Below, one piece after another: positions 1-9,467 of a stretch of DNA of 64,000 nt (positions are counted from its first letter, which is position 1; the number at the start of each line of letters is the position of its first letter). The stretch lies in the IMG/VR virus record IMGVR_UViG_3300045988_150084; one strand, given 5' to 3'. The notes beneath the pieces were generated by a model. The model was not told where the DNA came from, did not search any database, and saw only the letters and a program-made list of their open reading frames with translations. Position numbers and translations under genes: made by a program. This DNA is from a virus.

Positions 1-107
1 TATTTGCTCATCGAGGGCATTTGAGGACTGGAAAGACAGATTGTGAGGAGGAATTAAAATGAAAGACAAAATTTTTCCGTGTATCTTATGGATATGTTGA
101 CAAGGCC

Positions 108-563
108 GTGGATGGAGGAGCGTTGGAATCCTATACGCCAGCTGTATTACACACGAAAGATTACGATGGTAGATTTGTTACGCTGGAGGAGGCGGTCAGG
201 ATTTACGAGCTCCATGCTCCAGAAGAAAATGCGTATGCGGACTATGACGAGTTTCTTCCTATCTGCGTTGAAACTCAGTATTTTCCTGATGTAGATATAT
301 CATCTCGTTTCTCGATTTGTCCTGTCGATTACATCATCTATGACGGAAATAATTGGTTCATTCCTCTCAAGGAAAGGAGAGTAAAGAAAGCTAGTAAAGA
401 TGAAGCACTCAGGTGGATTGAGAGTTATGTGAAAGCCGTTAAAAGTTATGATGAACGTGTGAAAGCCCTTCCTGCGCCGACGCTAGAAACAATCTTCTTT
501 GCTAAAGATAAATCATTTTATCCTACAAAAGAAGAACTTGCAGCGATGCCGAAAGCAAATTAA
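108..563 (+). CDS. hypothetical protein (GTG start)
   Basis: 151-aa ORF immediately upstream of the integrase on the same strand. No recognisable motifs. Upstream RBS is weak. Confidence 0.35.
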   Translation: MDGGALESYTPAVLHTKDYDGRFVTLEEAVRIYELHAPEENAYADYDEFLPICVETQYFPDVDISSRFSICPVDYIIYDGNNWFIPLKERRVKKASKDEALRWIESYVKAVKSYDERVKALPAPTLETIFFAKDKSFYPTKEELAAMPKAN

Positions 564-578
564 AAGGAGAGTGGTAAT

Positions 579-1460
579 ATGGAATGGAAGGACTTGTATA
601 AGCGTATCGAGAAAGACCTATACTCTTCGATGAGTGAGAACACAGCCAAAGGCTACCTTACTGACATCAAAATGTTTGAATTTTCAGATAAGCCGTGCCG
701 TGATGCTGTTGAAAGGAAAAGAAAGGAGTGGCAGGACAAGGGGCTGTCTGGTAAGACTATCCAGAGGAGGTTTGCCGCGGTCAGATGGGTTCTCGATATG
801 TACCCTCGCGAGTTCGGTCTTGACGATATTCTTGACATCAAATCAGCTATGAAGCACGTTGACATTAATAACAAAGAGATGGTCTATGCCACGAAAGAAC
901 AGGCAGACAAGGTTATCTCTATGGCCGATGAACGGACGGCTCTCTGTGTAGCAATGATGTTCTACGAGGGGATGCGCCGCGATGAGGTGTACAACAACAG
1001 ATTACAGGACTGGGACATCAAAGGCGAGGACACTCTTAACGGAGGCGTTCCTGCTATCATTATCCCCCGCACAAAGAACGATGAGCCGAGACGTGTACCA
1101 TTAGCGCAGCAGACTATTGATTGTTTCCTCCGATATGTAAACGGTGACAGGGTACGGAACGCCAGACTTATCGAGAACGTCTCCCCAAAGACTGCCACCT
1201 ACACTATCCTTTCCACTTACGGTAGGCTTCGCAGGGAATCTATCCAGCGTGACGTAAAAAAAGCATCCATCACCGCAGGGTTTCCTCAGTTGCATTGCCA
1301 CAGCTATCGCCACGGTCTTGCTACCTTGCTTGCTAAAGCTGGGAGGGATTCTATCTATATCGCTACGATGATGGGACACAAGAACCTTAACACGACTCGC
1401 CGCTATATCCACCTCTCCCCTGCCGACCTCAAGAAAGGTACTATGGATGTACTAAAGTGA
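579..1460 (+). CDS. int: tyrosine-type site-specific integrase/recombinase
   Basis: 293 aa. C-terminal catalytic signature HxxR (HSYRHG) and RRYIHL (catalytic Tyr), with an N-terminal SAM-like domain. Strong RBS AAGGAGAG 7 nt before the ATG. Confidence 0.85.
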   Translation: MEWKDLYKRIEKDLYSSMSENTAKGYLTDIKMFEFSDKPCRDAVERKRKEWQDKGLSGKTIQRRFAAVRWVLDMYPREFGLDDILDIKSAMKHVDINNKEMVYATKEQADKVISMADERTALCVAMMFYEGMRRDEVYNNRLQDWDIKGEDTLNGGVPAIIIPRTKNDEPRRVPLAQQTIDCFLRYVNGDRVRNARLIENVSPKTATYTILSTYGRLRRESIQRDVKKASITAGFPQLHCHSYRHGLATLLAKAGRDSIYIATMMGHKNLNTTRRYIHLSPADLKKGTMDVLK

Positions 1461-1570
1461 GCAAAATCGGCTCGACGAGATGCAAAAATACCTCCGAATA
1501 TGATAGGGGATTTTCACGAAAAAGATACTTGCCACAGGTCTGAGTTTATGATATTCTCAAGTATAAGGAG

Positions 1571-1798
1571 GTGGCTACAATGCCGCGTAAAGTAGACTAT
1601 GATATGAAGCTCTCAAAACTCGCCGATAAGCTCAAGAAGAACGAGGAAGAGTATCAGAAACTGAAAGAGTCCTACGAAAAGACAAAAGAGGAGAAAAACC
1701 GCAAGTTCTATAAGAAGCTCCTAGACTTCATGGAGAAGAACAACATTTCCCCTGATAGTGCTATCGAGATTTTAGAGAAGAATCTGCCTACGACCTAA
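1571..1798 (+). CDS. small charged coiled-coil protein
   Basis: 75 aa, K/E-rich. Strong RBS AAGGAGGTG before the ATG. Followed by a bidirectional terminator. Confidence 0.5.
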   Translation: MATMPRKVDYDMKLSKLADKLKKNEEEYQKLKESYEKTKEEKNRKFYKKLLDFMEKNNISPDSAIEILEKNLPTT

Positions 1799-1878
1799 TC
1801 CGTCATAGGTTGAGAAAAACACCTACCTTCGTTTTCCTGCTGGTTGGTTACTGTTGGACAGATAGACTTTTGGTGAAC

Positions 1879-1913
1879 AAAAAACACCTACTTTTTAAGG
1901 TAGGTGTTTTTCT
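1879..1913. terminator. bidirectional rho-independent terminator
   Basis: Hairpin ACACCTAC(1884-1891)/GTAGGTGT(1900-1907), flanked by an A-run on one side and a T-run on the other. Lies between the convergent + and - genes. Confidence 0.6.
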
Positions 1914-1917
1914 CAGT

Positions 1918-2658
1918 TTATGATGATTTTTCAAGACCGTATGTGCCGTGACCTCTGCGACCATCTACGTCTCGTTTTCTCTTACAGGTAGCGCACAACG
2001 TACAACAAACGTACTTAGAAGCATCTCCCATTGTATCTTTTATGTACTCTGGGATAAGGCATTTCGTGACAGGCTTCAACACTTTGTACCCCTGCTCCAA
2101 TTTCACCTCAGAACCAAACTGAGCATTTTGGGCGCGCTCGAACGGATAGAGTGCGTAGTTAATGCCTTTATCGGCTTCTTTGCGACTCTCAGGAGGCAAT
2201 AGGTCTACGAACAGGACTTTCAATGCTTCTCGAACAGCAAAACGCTTATCAAGCTCATCACAAAGTTCACCGTAAAGTGCGCTGTGGCGTCCCCTGCTCG
2301 TCTCTGACAGCTCTGTAATCTTGTCCGCGATAAATTCTATGCGTTCCTCATCTGCGACGTTCTCAAGGCGCTTACAGATACTATTCCGCGCCGATGCACA
2401 TGCCTGTGGTGACATTCCTAGCTCGCTGGCCATGCTCTCTAAGGTATTCCCCGCTCCAACCATGAGGAGAATCTTCCGTTGCGTATCGGAGAGACAACCA
2501 AGAACAACCTGTAAACTATCAAGGACACGTTCACGCCGCTCAGTTTCTTCCAAAACGACATCAGGAGACAGACCATATTTTCTCGATACGTCAAAAGCAA
2601 TCTTGTCTGAGTCCAGCCAACCCTCACCGAGAAGGTCTACGGCGTTAGCCAAACTCAT
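1918..2658 (-). CDS. HTH transcriptional regulator with sigma-70 region-4/LuxR-type HTH
   Basis: 246 aa. The segment LSDTQRKILLMVGAGNTLESMASELGMSPQACASARNSICKRL resembles sigma-70 region 4. No region 2 was recognised, so this is probably not a full sigma factor. Confidence 0.45.
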   Translation of the reverse strand: MSLANAVDLLGEGWLDSDKIAFDVSRKYGLSPDVVLEETERRERVLDSLQVVLGCLSDTQRKILLMVGAGNTLESMASELGMSPQACASARNSICKRLENVADEERIEFIADKITELSETSRGRHSALYGELCDELDKRFAVREALKVLFVDLLPPESRKEADKGINYALYPFERAQNAQFGSEVKLEQGYKVLKPVTKCLIPEYIKDTMGDASKYVCCTLCATCKRKRDVDGRRGHGTYGLEKSS

Positions 2659-2900
2659 ACTTGCTCCTTTTTCAACGAATCGGAGGTAAAGTAGCAGCCC
2701 CTTATGAAACCGTTCCCAAGTTTTCTCTTCCCCTTGAATCGATACCTGTCTTTGAAATCTGAGGACTCACTCTTTATGTAGCGTACATCAGCAAAATACC
2801 GCTTGAGATTTTCTTCTGCCGCCTTTCTCTCATCCTCTACAACGACAGAATACCTTTCTACCTCATGCGGCATACGCACTACGAAAAAGTGCAGCCCCAT
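2655..2900 (-). CDS. hypothetical protein
   Basis: 81-aa ORF tightly coupled downstream of nrdG. Confidence 0.35.
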   Translation of the reverse strand: MGLHFFVVRMPHEVERYSVVVEDERKAAEENLKRYFADVRYIKSESSDFKDRYRFKGKRKLGNGFIRGCYFTSDSLKKEQV

Positions 2901-3427
2901 CAGCGAATTTTCACTACGTCCTCATTAATCTCGTTACCGTTGTCATCAAAATCGACGTTCTTATAGCTGCCATCATGGAGATGTTTCCAGATTTTCTGGT
3001 TACGGCTCCCACGGAACGGCAGTCTTTCTTTTTGCTTGCAATCAAACGCGCCGTCAATCACATAGTCAAACGGAGAAAAGACGTTAAGTTTACGCTTTTT
3101 GAACAGTTCATCAATGGTGTGGCCTGTGTAGATTGTAGTCTGTAAACCTTTCGACTTCGCCCACGCCGCAATCTCCTTGACCTCATCCATCTGCATAGAG
3201 CTTTCCCCACCGCTGAACGTGACACCACTCACAGGAGGAACATAGCTCTCAATCTTACCCTCAATCTCTTCTACGGACATCTCTACGCCACCGTCTGTTG
3301 ACCATGTAGAAGGATTCTGACACTCTTTACAATGGATGTCACACCCCTGCGCGAACAGGACGTAATTGATACCCTTCCCATCCGCGAGAGACGTGGCATT
3401 TACGCCAGCAACTTTCAACGAATACAA
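2900..3427 (-). CDS. nrdG: anaerobic ribonucleoside-triphosphate reductase activating protein (radical SAM)
   Basis: 175 aa with the CxxxCxxC radical-SAM motif (CDIHCKEC). Immediately downstream of nrdD. Confidence 0.85.
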   Translation of the reverse strand: MYSLKVAGVNATSLADGKGINYVLFAQGCDIHCKECQNPSTWSTDGGVEMSVEEIEGKIESYVPPVSGVTFSGGESSMQMDEVKEIAAWAKSKGLQTTIYTGHTIDELFKKRKLNVFSPFDYVIDGAFDCKQKERLPFRGSRNQKIWKHLHDGSYKNVDFDDNGNEINEDVVKIR

Positions 3428-3469
3428 AACCTCTTTTCAAATAATTTTCGAGCAAATCAGAGATATACA

Positions 3470-5533
3470 TCACAGATTACGCTTTCTTGAATCAAGTTCA
3501 GAGAGTTTTCCGTCGTTCCACCTATTCACGTCTGCAAGGTAGCCTGTGACGATTGCCACTCTCTGTAAATCAGAACTACCGCACCACGGACACTTCATTT
3601 CGTCTCCATCCCACTTATAATGACACTTATGACAGAAATTCATGGCAAAATTGAACCCCATGTAGCCGATTTCTTTCTTCTCCGCTGCATATTGAAGAAT
3701 GTCCAGAAGACCTTCCTTGTTCCATTTTGGGGACTGTCCAACTTCAAGATAAAAGATAGAACCGCCGAGAGCTAAGAGGTGATACTTTCCTTCAATGTCA
3801 ATCTTCTTCTTTGCGTCTACCCCAGCCCATACAGGAATATGACAGCTATTCGTAAAGAAATCATGGTCTGTGACACCCTTGACAACACCGAAACGCTTCT
3901 TGGTCTTATTCATCAAAGTAAAACAAGCATTTTCAGCTGGAGTGGAGAACACGGCATACGCAACGTGATATTTCTGTGTGGCCTTATCCGTCATAGCTTT
4001 CATGTGCTTGATGATTTCAAGGCCGAGTTCCTGAGATTTCTCCGATTCGCCGTGATGTTTTCCAGTAAGAGCAATCAGACACTCAGCAAGACCAATGTAG
4101 CCTACCGAGAGAGAGCCATTTCTGAAACACTTCTCCATGCTATCGTTCTCGTCTTTGAGGTTTTCATGTCCCATATACCACTTAGACGCAAACGGAAAAT
4201 CTTTAGCCTTGAAGGAACACATGATACCGTACCGCTCGTGAAGTTCCCCGATAGCATCGCTTACTGCTTCGTGAAGAATATCCCAGAACTCGGACAGCGG
4301 GTCGGAAGGATTCTTCTCTTTTGCAAGCAGAGCAAGATAGGGAAGATTCACAGTATCAAAAGCAAGGTTGCCACGCGCTTCTGGGGAACTATCTCCGTTG
4401 ATGTTCGTACCGACGTTCGTGCGACATCCCATTCTGGCGCAATTCATCTTGTCTTTATACATATCGCTGTCAGCCAAGACGAAACGCGGCATGATTCTTA
4501 TTCCTACACAATCTAAGGCAAGCATTGTAAGGTCAAAGTTAGGGTCACCTTCGTAAAGATTGATACCCTTTTTCAGTCTAAAGCAGAGAACAGGGAAGAA
4601 CGGCATTTCTCCATTCCCCATACCATCCATGAACGCTTTCAACGTCATTTCAGAAATCATGCGTCCCCAGAAGGAAGTATCTGTACCGAAATTGATAGAA
4701 GAGAACACATTCTGGCCGCCACTGCGAGCCTTTTGAGTATTTGCATTGTATACGAACGCTTGCATGGCTTGGAAAACAGCATCCCTCGTGCGTTTCATGG
4801 CAAGCTCGTAGACCTTTTCGTAATTTACATATCCGTCACCATAGACTTCCTTGATTTGCTTCACTTGCCGCTTGTATTCTCCCTCTGCATACGGCGCGAG
4901 GTCGGTGTCCCAATGTACATATCCTTCGCCGCCGAAGAAATTACTCTGCATGGACTGGAGGATGATACTAGCCAATGCTCCTGCCGTCGTGATATGCTTC
5001 GGAGGTCTTACATACCCTGTACCATTGTCAAATCCCTCTTTCAGCATTTTATAGAGGGGAGAGAAAAAACAGTTTACACTCATGTGCCTATACGGAAGGT
5101 CGTGAATATAGCAGATACCCTTTCGATGATTTTCCGCATACTTCGGATTCATCTTGAGAAGCTCGGTTTCCTTGAGAACATGTTCAGCAACAAAGTGAGC
5201 CTTAGAAGCCATACTATTCTCACTGTTCGCGTTATCTTTGGACGCTTCGAGAAGTAAACCGTCAATACCCTTCACCATATCCGTTTTCCCAAGACGATAA
5301 TCTGTGCGTTTCTGCCGATAGAGGATATACGCCTTGGCAACGTCAGGATATTTCTCCATCAACTTCTTTTCTACCGCATCGTGAATCTCATCCACGGTTA
5401 CGTCCCTATCGAACGAGATTTCACTAGCGATTTCCTTGCCAACTTCTGCGCTCTTAGCGGCTTTCGCCACCGCGTTTTCAATCTTTTCTCTTTTGAACGG
5501 CTCCTTCCGTCCGTCATGCTTCGTTACTGTCAT
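3470..5533 (-). CDS. nrdD: anaerobic ribonucleoside-triphosphate reductase (class III RNR)
   Basis: ATP-cone N-terminus. C-terminal Zn ribbon CHKCHYKWDGDEMKCPWCG and glycyl-radical motif RVAIVTGY. The start is moved to the internal ATG at 5533 (MTVTK), which has an RBS GGAGGAG. The ORF-track start at 5581 has no RBS. Confidence 0.9.
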   Translation of the reverse strand: MTVTKHDGRKEPFKREKIENAVAKAAKSAEVGKEIASEISFDRDVTVDEIHDAVEKKLMEKYPDVAKAYILYRQKRTDYRLGKTDMVKGIDGLLLEASKDNANSENSMASKAHFVAEHVLKETELLKMNPKYAENHRKGICYIHDLPYRHMSVNCFFSPLYKMLKEGFDNGTGYVRPPKHITTAGALASIILQSMQSNFFGGEGYVHWDTDLAPYAEGEYKRQVKQIKEVYGDGYVNYEKVYELAMKRTRDAVFQAMQAFVYNANTQKARSGGQNVFSSINFGTDTSFWGRMISEMTLKAFMDGMGNGEMPFFPVLCFRLKKGINLYEGDPNFDLTMLALDCVGIRIMPRFVLADSDMYKDKMNCARMGCRTNVGTNINGDSSPEARGNLAFDTVNLPYLALLAKEKNPSDPLSEFWDILHEAVSDAIGELHERYGIMCSFKAKDFPFASKWYMGHENLKDENDSMEKCFRNGSLSVGYIGLAECLIALTGKHHGESEKSQELGLEIIKHMKAMTDKATQKYHVAYAVFSTPAENACFTLMNKTKKRFGVVKGVTDHDFFTNSCHIPVWAGVDAKKKIDIEGKYHLLALGGSIFYLEVGQSPKWNKEGLLDILQYAAEKKEIGYMGFNFAMNFCHKCHYKWDGDEMKCPWCGSSDLQRVAIVTGYLADVNRWNDGKLSELDSRKRNL

Positions 5534-5699
5534 TCTTCTCCTCCAAAACCTTATACATACCTCCCGCTCGATAAGCAACAACTACGTTACCCTCGGCATC
5601 CTTGAACAAGTACACATCGCCACAATCGCACCTAGCATACCCATTCTCCATATACTTATCCCACAGTACATCCCAGCACCTTGCACACTTGACTTTCAT
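5514..5699 (-). CDS. small Zn-ribbon protein
   Basis: 61 aa with a CxxC...CxC pattern. Overlaps the corrected nrdD start by about 20 nt. Confidence 0.35.
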   Translation of the reverse strand: MKVKCARCWDVLWDKYMENGYARCDCGDVYLFKDAEGNVVVAYRAGGMYKVLEEKNDSNEA

Positions 5700-6358
5700 A
5701 CTGCAAAATCCTCTGCAAGCTGACTGAACTTACCACGGAAATTTTTCGTAAGGGAAATCGAATTGCCGAGAACTGACAGATATTTACCATACTTCACAAA
5801 ATCATTGTTATGATAACCCCTGTTGTCCTTCTGGAAACTGTCTCCGATAAGCACCACATGGCAATCATCGTGGCAACGTGTGAAAATGAGCTTCAAGGTT
5901 TCATAGTCGCAGTTTTCGGCTTCATCGATAATCACGCCAGCGTTCTCAAAATTTACGCCCCTGAGATTACTGTCTGTGGTCAAGTGCAAGAGCTTCCCTG
6001 CCCTGAGTGCTTGAATCTCATACGGTGTGAATCCCAGCGTCTCCATAGCGTCGTACACAGGGTTAAACAACGCTTCTGTCTTATCCTCCATAGTCCCAGG
6101 TAAAAATCCGTTCTGCAAGAACCTCTGAGAGACTTTCTGGATATAAATAATCTTGTTGATTACGTCATTCGCCAGAAGGTCAATCATAGCTGCACAGGAA
6201 ACAATCGTCTTGCCAGTACCAGCCGCGGCTTCGATAAAGGTAAACACATTGTCTGTGATACTGCTGAAAGCATCCTTCTGCTCCTGCGTCATGCCTGCAT
6301 AGAACCTATCGCGGTCTTTTCTATTCTTGAGTTCGATATATGGCTTATCGTTCACCAT
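5696..6358 (-). CDS. phoH: PhoH-like ATPase
   Basis: 220 aa with Walker A AAAGTGKT. PhoH-family-like sequence, a family common in phages. Confidence 0.7.
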   Translation of the reverse strand: MVNDKPYIELKNRKDRDRFYAGMTQEQKDAFSSITDNVFTFIEAAAGTGKTIVSCAAMIDLLANDVINKIIYIQKVSQRFLQNGFLPGTMEDKTEALFNPVYDAMETLGFTPYEIQALRAGKLLHLTTDSNLRGVNFENAGVIIDEAENCDYETLKLIFTRCHDDCHVVLIGDSFQKDNRGYHNNDFVKYGKYLSVLGNSISLTKNFRGKFSQLAEDFAV

Positions 6359-6590
6359 ATTTACCCTCTACATACTTCTTCGCAAGACTTACAATAACAT
6401 TGGCAACCATATCCTTGTTCTTCTCCTCTTTTTCAAGTACAAAGCCGACGAGATAGATAGCCGCGCGAATCAAAGCCCCCTCGCCGTGAGCTGCTACATA
6501 ATCTTCATCATCTCCGAACATGACCATAGCATAACCGCTATAACCATGTTTCTTACACTCATCGAGAACCTGACTCTCAAAATCGTCCAT
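6345..6590 (-). CDS. hypothetical protein
   Basis: 81-aa ORF in the co-directional gene string. Confidence 0.35.
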   Translation of the reverse strand: MDDFESQVLDECKKHGYSGYAMVMFGDDEDYVAAHGEGALIRAAIYLVGFVLEKEEKNKDMVANVIVSLAKKYVEGKYGER

Positions 6591-6593
6591 TGA

Positions 6594-7049
6594 CTACCTC
6601 CAAATCTTCACCAAGATACGTTGTCTACCAAAACGAAAGGCTTCTTTCTTTGTGTTCATGTAAATATCTATTCGATTTGTATATCCACCACCGAACCTAT
6701 CTTCGACGGTGTAAATGTGACCGTTTATTTCAACCTTTGTACCGAAGGGAACGCCGTCCATAGCGATTGTCCTGCCAGCTGTTGCTCTCCTGCCGCTTGC
6801 TGTTATGCCGTCACCCTTGCCGCACTCATCGTCCGAAGAGGTATAAGCACTAACATTGGCAACCATCTCTCGATAAGCAGGTTCTTCTACCTTCTGAACA
6901 GACTCAACAACAGGCTCTTTTACAGGTGATATGTATGTATCGTGCCAAACCTTATGAGCCTTTGCCGCATGATGAGGTTTTAGCAGCAGGAACACAACGA
7001 GGACAGCCTTGACCAAACCGAAAAACAGTTTACGACCCAACGACACCAA
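6594..7049 (-). CDS. secreted/membrane-anchored 3D-domain protein (MltA/YocH-like cell-wall binding)
   Basis: N-terminal hydrophobic segment. C-terminal ITASGRRATAGRTIAMDGVPFGTKVEINGHIYTVEDRFGGGYTNRIDIYM matches 3D-domain conserved residues. Confidence 0.6.
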   Translation of the reverse strand: MVSLGRKLFFGLVKAVLVVFLLLKPHHAAKAHKVWHDTYISPVKEPVVESVQKVEEPAYREMVANVSAYTSSDDECGKGDGITASGRRATAGRTIAMDGVPFGTKVEINGHIYTVEDRFGGGYTNRIDIYMNTKKEAFRFGRQRILVKIWR

Positions 7050-7638
7050 ACTCCTCTGCCCACGGAAGAGTGCTGATAAACTGGCAGAACTCTCTCCACT
7101 CAGGAAGTCTATGATTGTGCCGCTGATACCAGATGGTTTTTAACTGAGCGTAGTTCGTGACGATACCAGCGCCGATACAGATACCCTCTGGCATATTTGC
7201 CTTGACCGCGAGGAGATTTTCCTCAGATGGATGTTCTACATACTCCGAAACAATATCCTCAAAAATACCAAGGATAGTAGGATGTACATACTTGTTCGCC
7301 ATCTTTTTATAGTCCAGAGATTTTACCTTGTGCATCGAGGACATACTATTCTTTGTGAACCAATGGTATGTATCGTGCTGTTGCCACCAATACCGAGGAG
7401 CGATGATATCATATCCCACCGTAATCTGTCTGAGGAATTTATCATCCCCATGACCATACGGAGAATTACCCAGCTTGTCACCTCGCTTAATCAGCTTGAC
7501 CTTATCTACGTCCATATCATTCATATCCTTGATTTCTGTGGACATAGGGTAGCCAGCGCGAATAAGCGCTTCTTGAATCCCCCATACGTCAACATTAAGA
7601 ATTTTTATGTGCTCCATGTTTACCTCCTCGAATCGCAA
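7030..7638 (-). CDS. hypothetical protein (possibly a nucleotide-metabolism enzyme)
   Basis: 202 aa, between the 3D-domain protein and dUTPase. Contains RHNHR but lacks the ThyX RHRx7S motif, so it is not called ThyX. Confidence 0.4.
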   Translation of the reverse strand: MRFEEVNMEHIKILNVDVWGIQEALIRAGYPMSTEIKDMNDMDVDKVKLIKRGDKLGNSPYGHGDDKFLRQITVGYDIIAPRYWWQQHDTYHWFTKNSMSSMHKVKSLDYKKMANKYVHPTILGIFEDIVSEYVEHPSEENLLAVKANMPEGICIGAGIVTNYAQLKTIWYQRHNHRLPEWREFCQFISTLPWAEEFGVVGS

Positions 7639-7906
7639 TCAGGTATCTAGCCTTGCCAATCGCCGCGTCATCTGCCTTATAGACAAGATTCATACCTGTC
7701 GAATAATCAAAATCGCAGAACATATCGAAGAGAGGAGCTTCTTTGCTTTCTTCTGGGTAATTCCTTTGCAATTCCACCAGTTGTTTAGCTCTTTTCGTCC
7801 AGTCCGCATCCGAGATGATATTTTCATTGAATTTATAGTAAACAACTGAATGGACAAGCGTTTGAAGCCGTCTTCTCTTGATAAGTTCTACGATTTGTTC
7901 ATTCAT
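7595..7906 (-). CDS. hypothetical protein
   Basis: 103-aa ORF. Confidence 0.35.
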   Translation of the reverse strand: MNEQIVELIKRRRLQTLVHSVVYYKFNENIISDADWTKRAKQLVELQRNYPEESKEAPLFDMFCDFDYSTGMNLVYKADDAAIGKARYLIAIRGGKHGAHKNS

Positions 7907-8583
7907 TATTTCCCTGTGCTCCCAATACCGCCATCACGCAAATCGACAGGAACATCCTCACCAACAAGGAACTTCTGGAAGATACCCTGTGCAATCTTAT
8001 CTCCCTTATGGATAGCATGCGGCTCATCGTCGTAGTTATACAGGAAAATCATAATATGACCCTCATTTGAAGAGTTGTTGTAGTAGTCAGAATCAATAAT
8101 TCCCACCGAATTAGGAAGGATAAGGTGCTTCTTTACCCCCATCGAAGAACGAGGATAGATTTTCAACACCTCATCGGAGAGCATATACGCTTTCACTCCA
8201 GAAGGGATGCTCTTTTGTTCACCGCTACCGATAACGCAATCGATAGGAGAATAGAAATCGTATCCTGCCGAGAAAATTGTGCTACGCCTTGGAAGGATAA
8301 TATCCTCTGGGTTGAGGTTTGTGTTCTCTACCCTCTCGAAGCCGCGCACAGGTCTTTCCAGTACGTCGCAGAAGGAATTACAAACGCCTTCAATAGCACT
8401 CATCCGAAGACCCTTCATAATCTTCTTCTCTTCCCCTGTCACGTTGTTCTTTTCACAGAACTTATCGAAAAGTTTTTTCTCTCTGCGTACTGCTTCAACC
8501 AAAATCTGTGCTGCGTCACCCTTGTTCATCTGCGTTTTCCTTTCTTGTTCTGTGTTTTCCAATCCATCAATTTCTTCTGCCAC
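7906..8583 (-). CDS. dut: dUTP diphosphatase (dUTPase) with an N-terminal extension
   Basis: Motifs AGYDFYSP (motif-1/3-like) and GIIDSDYY (GxIDxDYRG-like). About 90-aa charged N-terminal extension. Confidence 0.7.
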   Translation of the reverse strand: MAEEIDGLENTEQERKTQMNKGDAAQILVEAVRREKKLFDKFCEKNNVTGEEKKIMKGLRMSAIEGVCNSFCDVLERPVRGFERVENTNLNPEDIILPRRSTIFSAGYDFYSPIDCVIGSGEQKSIPSGVKAYMLSDEVLKIYPRSSMGVKKHLILPNSVGIIDSDYYNNSSNEGHIMIFLYNYDDEPHAIHKGDKIAQGIFQKFLVGEDVPVDLRDGGIGSTGK

Positions 8584-8801
8584 GGCTCAAGCTCTTCATA
8601 AGGAGGAAGACCGCCTATACAATGTTTCAGAATACCTCTCTCAAGGTTTTCATCGACGATTTTTTCCATTTTCTGCTTGTACTCGTCAGCATTTTTTCTT
8701 TCGGAATCATAGTAAATCCATGTTCCATGATACTTGTACTTGTCCAAATATTCTGTCCTCCCCGATAAGCAAAGTTTTAATACTCCAGACTTCATAAGCA
8801 T
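8526..8801 (-). CDS. hypothetical protein
   Basis: 91-aa ORF upstream of dut. Partially overlaps it. Confidence 0.35.
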   Translation of the reverse strand: MLMKSGVLKLCLSGRTEYLDKYKYHGTWIYYDSERKNADEYKQKMEKIVDENLERGILKHCIGGLPPYEELEPWQKKLMDWKTQNKKGKRR

Positions 8802-9032
8802 CTGTCTCCATTACGCAGGAGAATTTGAACGAAGCACACGCTCCAAACATCACGCCGCGATTTCTTTTCGCGGAATACGATACTTAACGCATATCTAGGC
8901 CGCCATAGATGCCTTTCATTTTAAGGGGGTCGACTCCGCAGAGTATTGACCTCCCGAGACTTACACTATGGTTTTCGATATATGCTTTGCGCTGTATCGG
9001 AGTTTTAATGTCTTTTCTTTGACAAATAATGA

Positions 9033-9103
9033 AGACAGCGGCAGGACTTGAACCTGCGGCAATACCTTATCGGCAAGAACGGTTCCACACCATATTCGCT
9101 GTC
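9033..9103 (-). tRNA. tRNA-like sequence (acceptor and T-arm present, anticodon arm not foldable; possibly degenerate)
   Basis: Perfect 7-bp acceptor pairing (GACAGCG/CGCTGTC). T-arm GCAGG-TTCAAGT-CCTGC. No canonical anticodon stem found by eye. Confidence 0.45.
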
Positions 9104-9107
9104 ATAA

Positions 9108-9183
9108 TGGAGCTACCAGTAAGACTCGAACTTACAACCTTCTGATTACAAGTCAGATGCACTACCAGTTGTGCTATGGTAGC
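9108..9183 (-). tRNA. tRNA-Thr(TGT)
   Basis: Manual cloverleaf: acceptor GCTACCA, D-arm GCAC-AACTGGTA-GTGC, anticodon arm TCTGA-CTTGTAA-TCAGA, T-arm GTAAG-TTCGAGT-CTTAC. CCA is encoded. Confidence 0.8.
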
Positions 9184-9378
9184 ATGTAGCCGTCAACACC
9201 TCTGTGAAGACATCAACGGCATGTGCGGTTAAATTTTATAGAGCGATACCGTCAAGCTCTAGGAGTGCCAACGCCCAGTTTACGGATTCTAGTCACAGCT
9301 ATACCGATGGCTATCTTGTTTTGCACCCAGAAGGAGGTACTGAGTGCTTTATATAAAAGAGTTTCCTCTCTTATAATC

Positions 9379-9466
9379 TGGTGGGTAGGAGTGGATTTGA
9401 ACCACCGAAGACATAAAGCCAGCAGATTTACAGTCTGTCTCCTTTAGCCAACTTGGATACCTACCC
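9379..9466 (-). tRNA. tRNA-Tyr(GTA), type II
   Basis: 85 nt plus encoded CCA. Acceptor GGGTAGG/CCTACCC, T-arm GGTGG-TTCAAAT-CCACT, long variable arm, anticodon loop CTGTAAA. Confidence 0.75.
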
Positions 9467-9467
9467 A

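Noticed and set aside
1-107. Searched for an att core direct repeat between the left edge and the 61.9-63.1 kb region
   Set aside because: No convincing shared segment was found by eye. The prophage left boundary probably lies outside the window.
3779-4516. 245-aa ORF on the plus strand and other long antisense ORFs (4733-5257, 20578-20982, 42872-43939, 54511-55671, 55598-56650)
   Set aside because: Each is entirely antisense to a well-supported conserved gene (nrdD, rad52-like, tape measure gene, capsid, scaffold). There are no RBSs. These are shadow ORFs.
7030-7638. Initial impression of a flavin-dependent thymidylate synthase (ThyX), from its size and nucleotide-metabolism context
   Set aside because: The RHRx7S ThyX signature is absent. 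Only RHNHR is present, with no following Ser. Left as hypothetical.
7595-7906. Possible NAD-dependent DNA ligase domain Ia-like N-terminus (KRAKQLVELQRNYPEE)
   Set aside because: Only a short, weak resemblance. The protein is 103 aa with no adenylation domain.
8894-8975. Possible seventh tRNA upstream of the cluster (GGGGGTCGACTCC looks T-arm-like)
   Set aside because: No matching acceptor stem or cloverleaf could be built.
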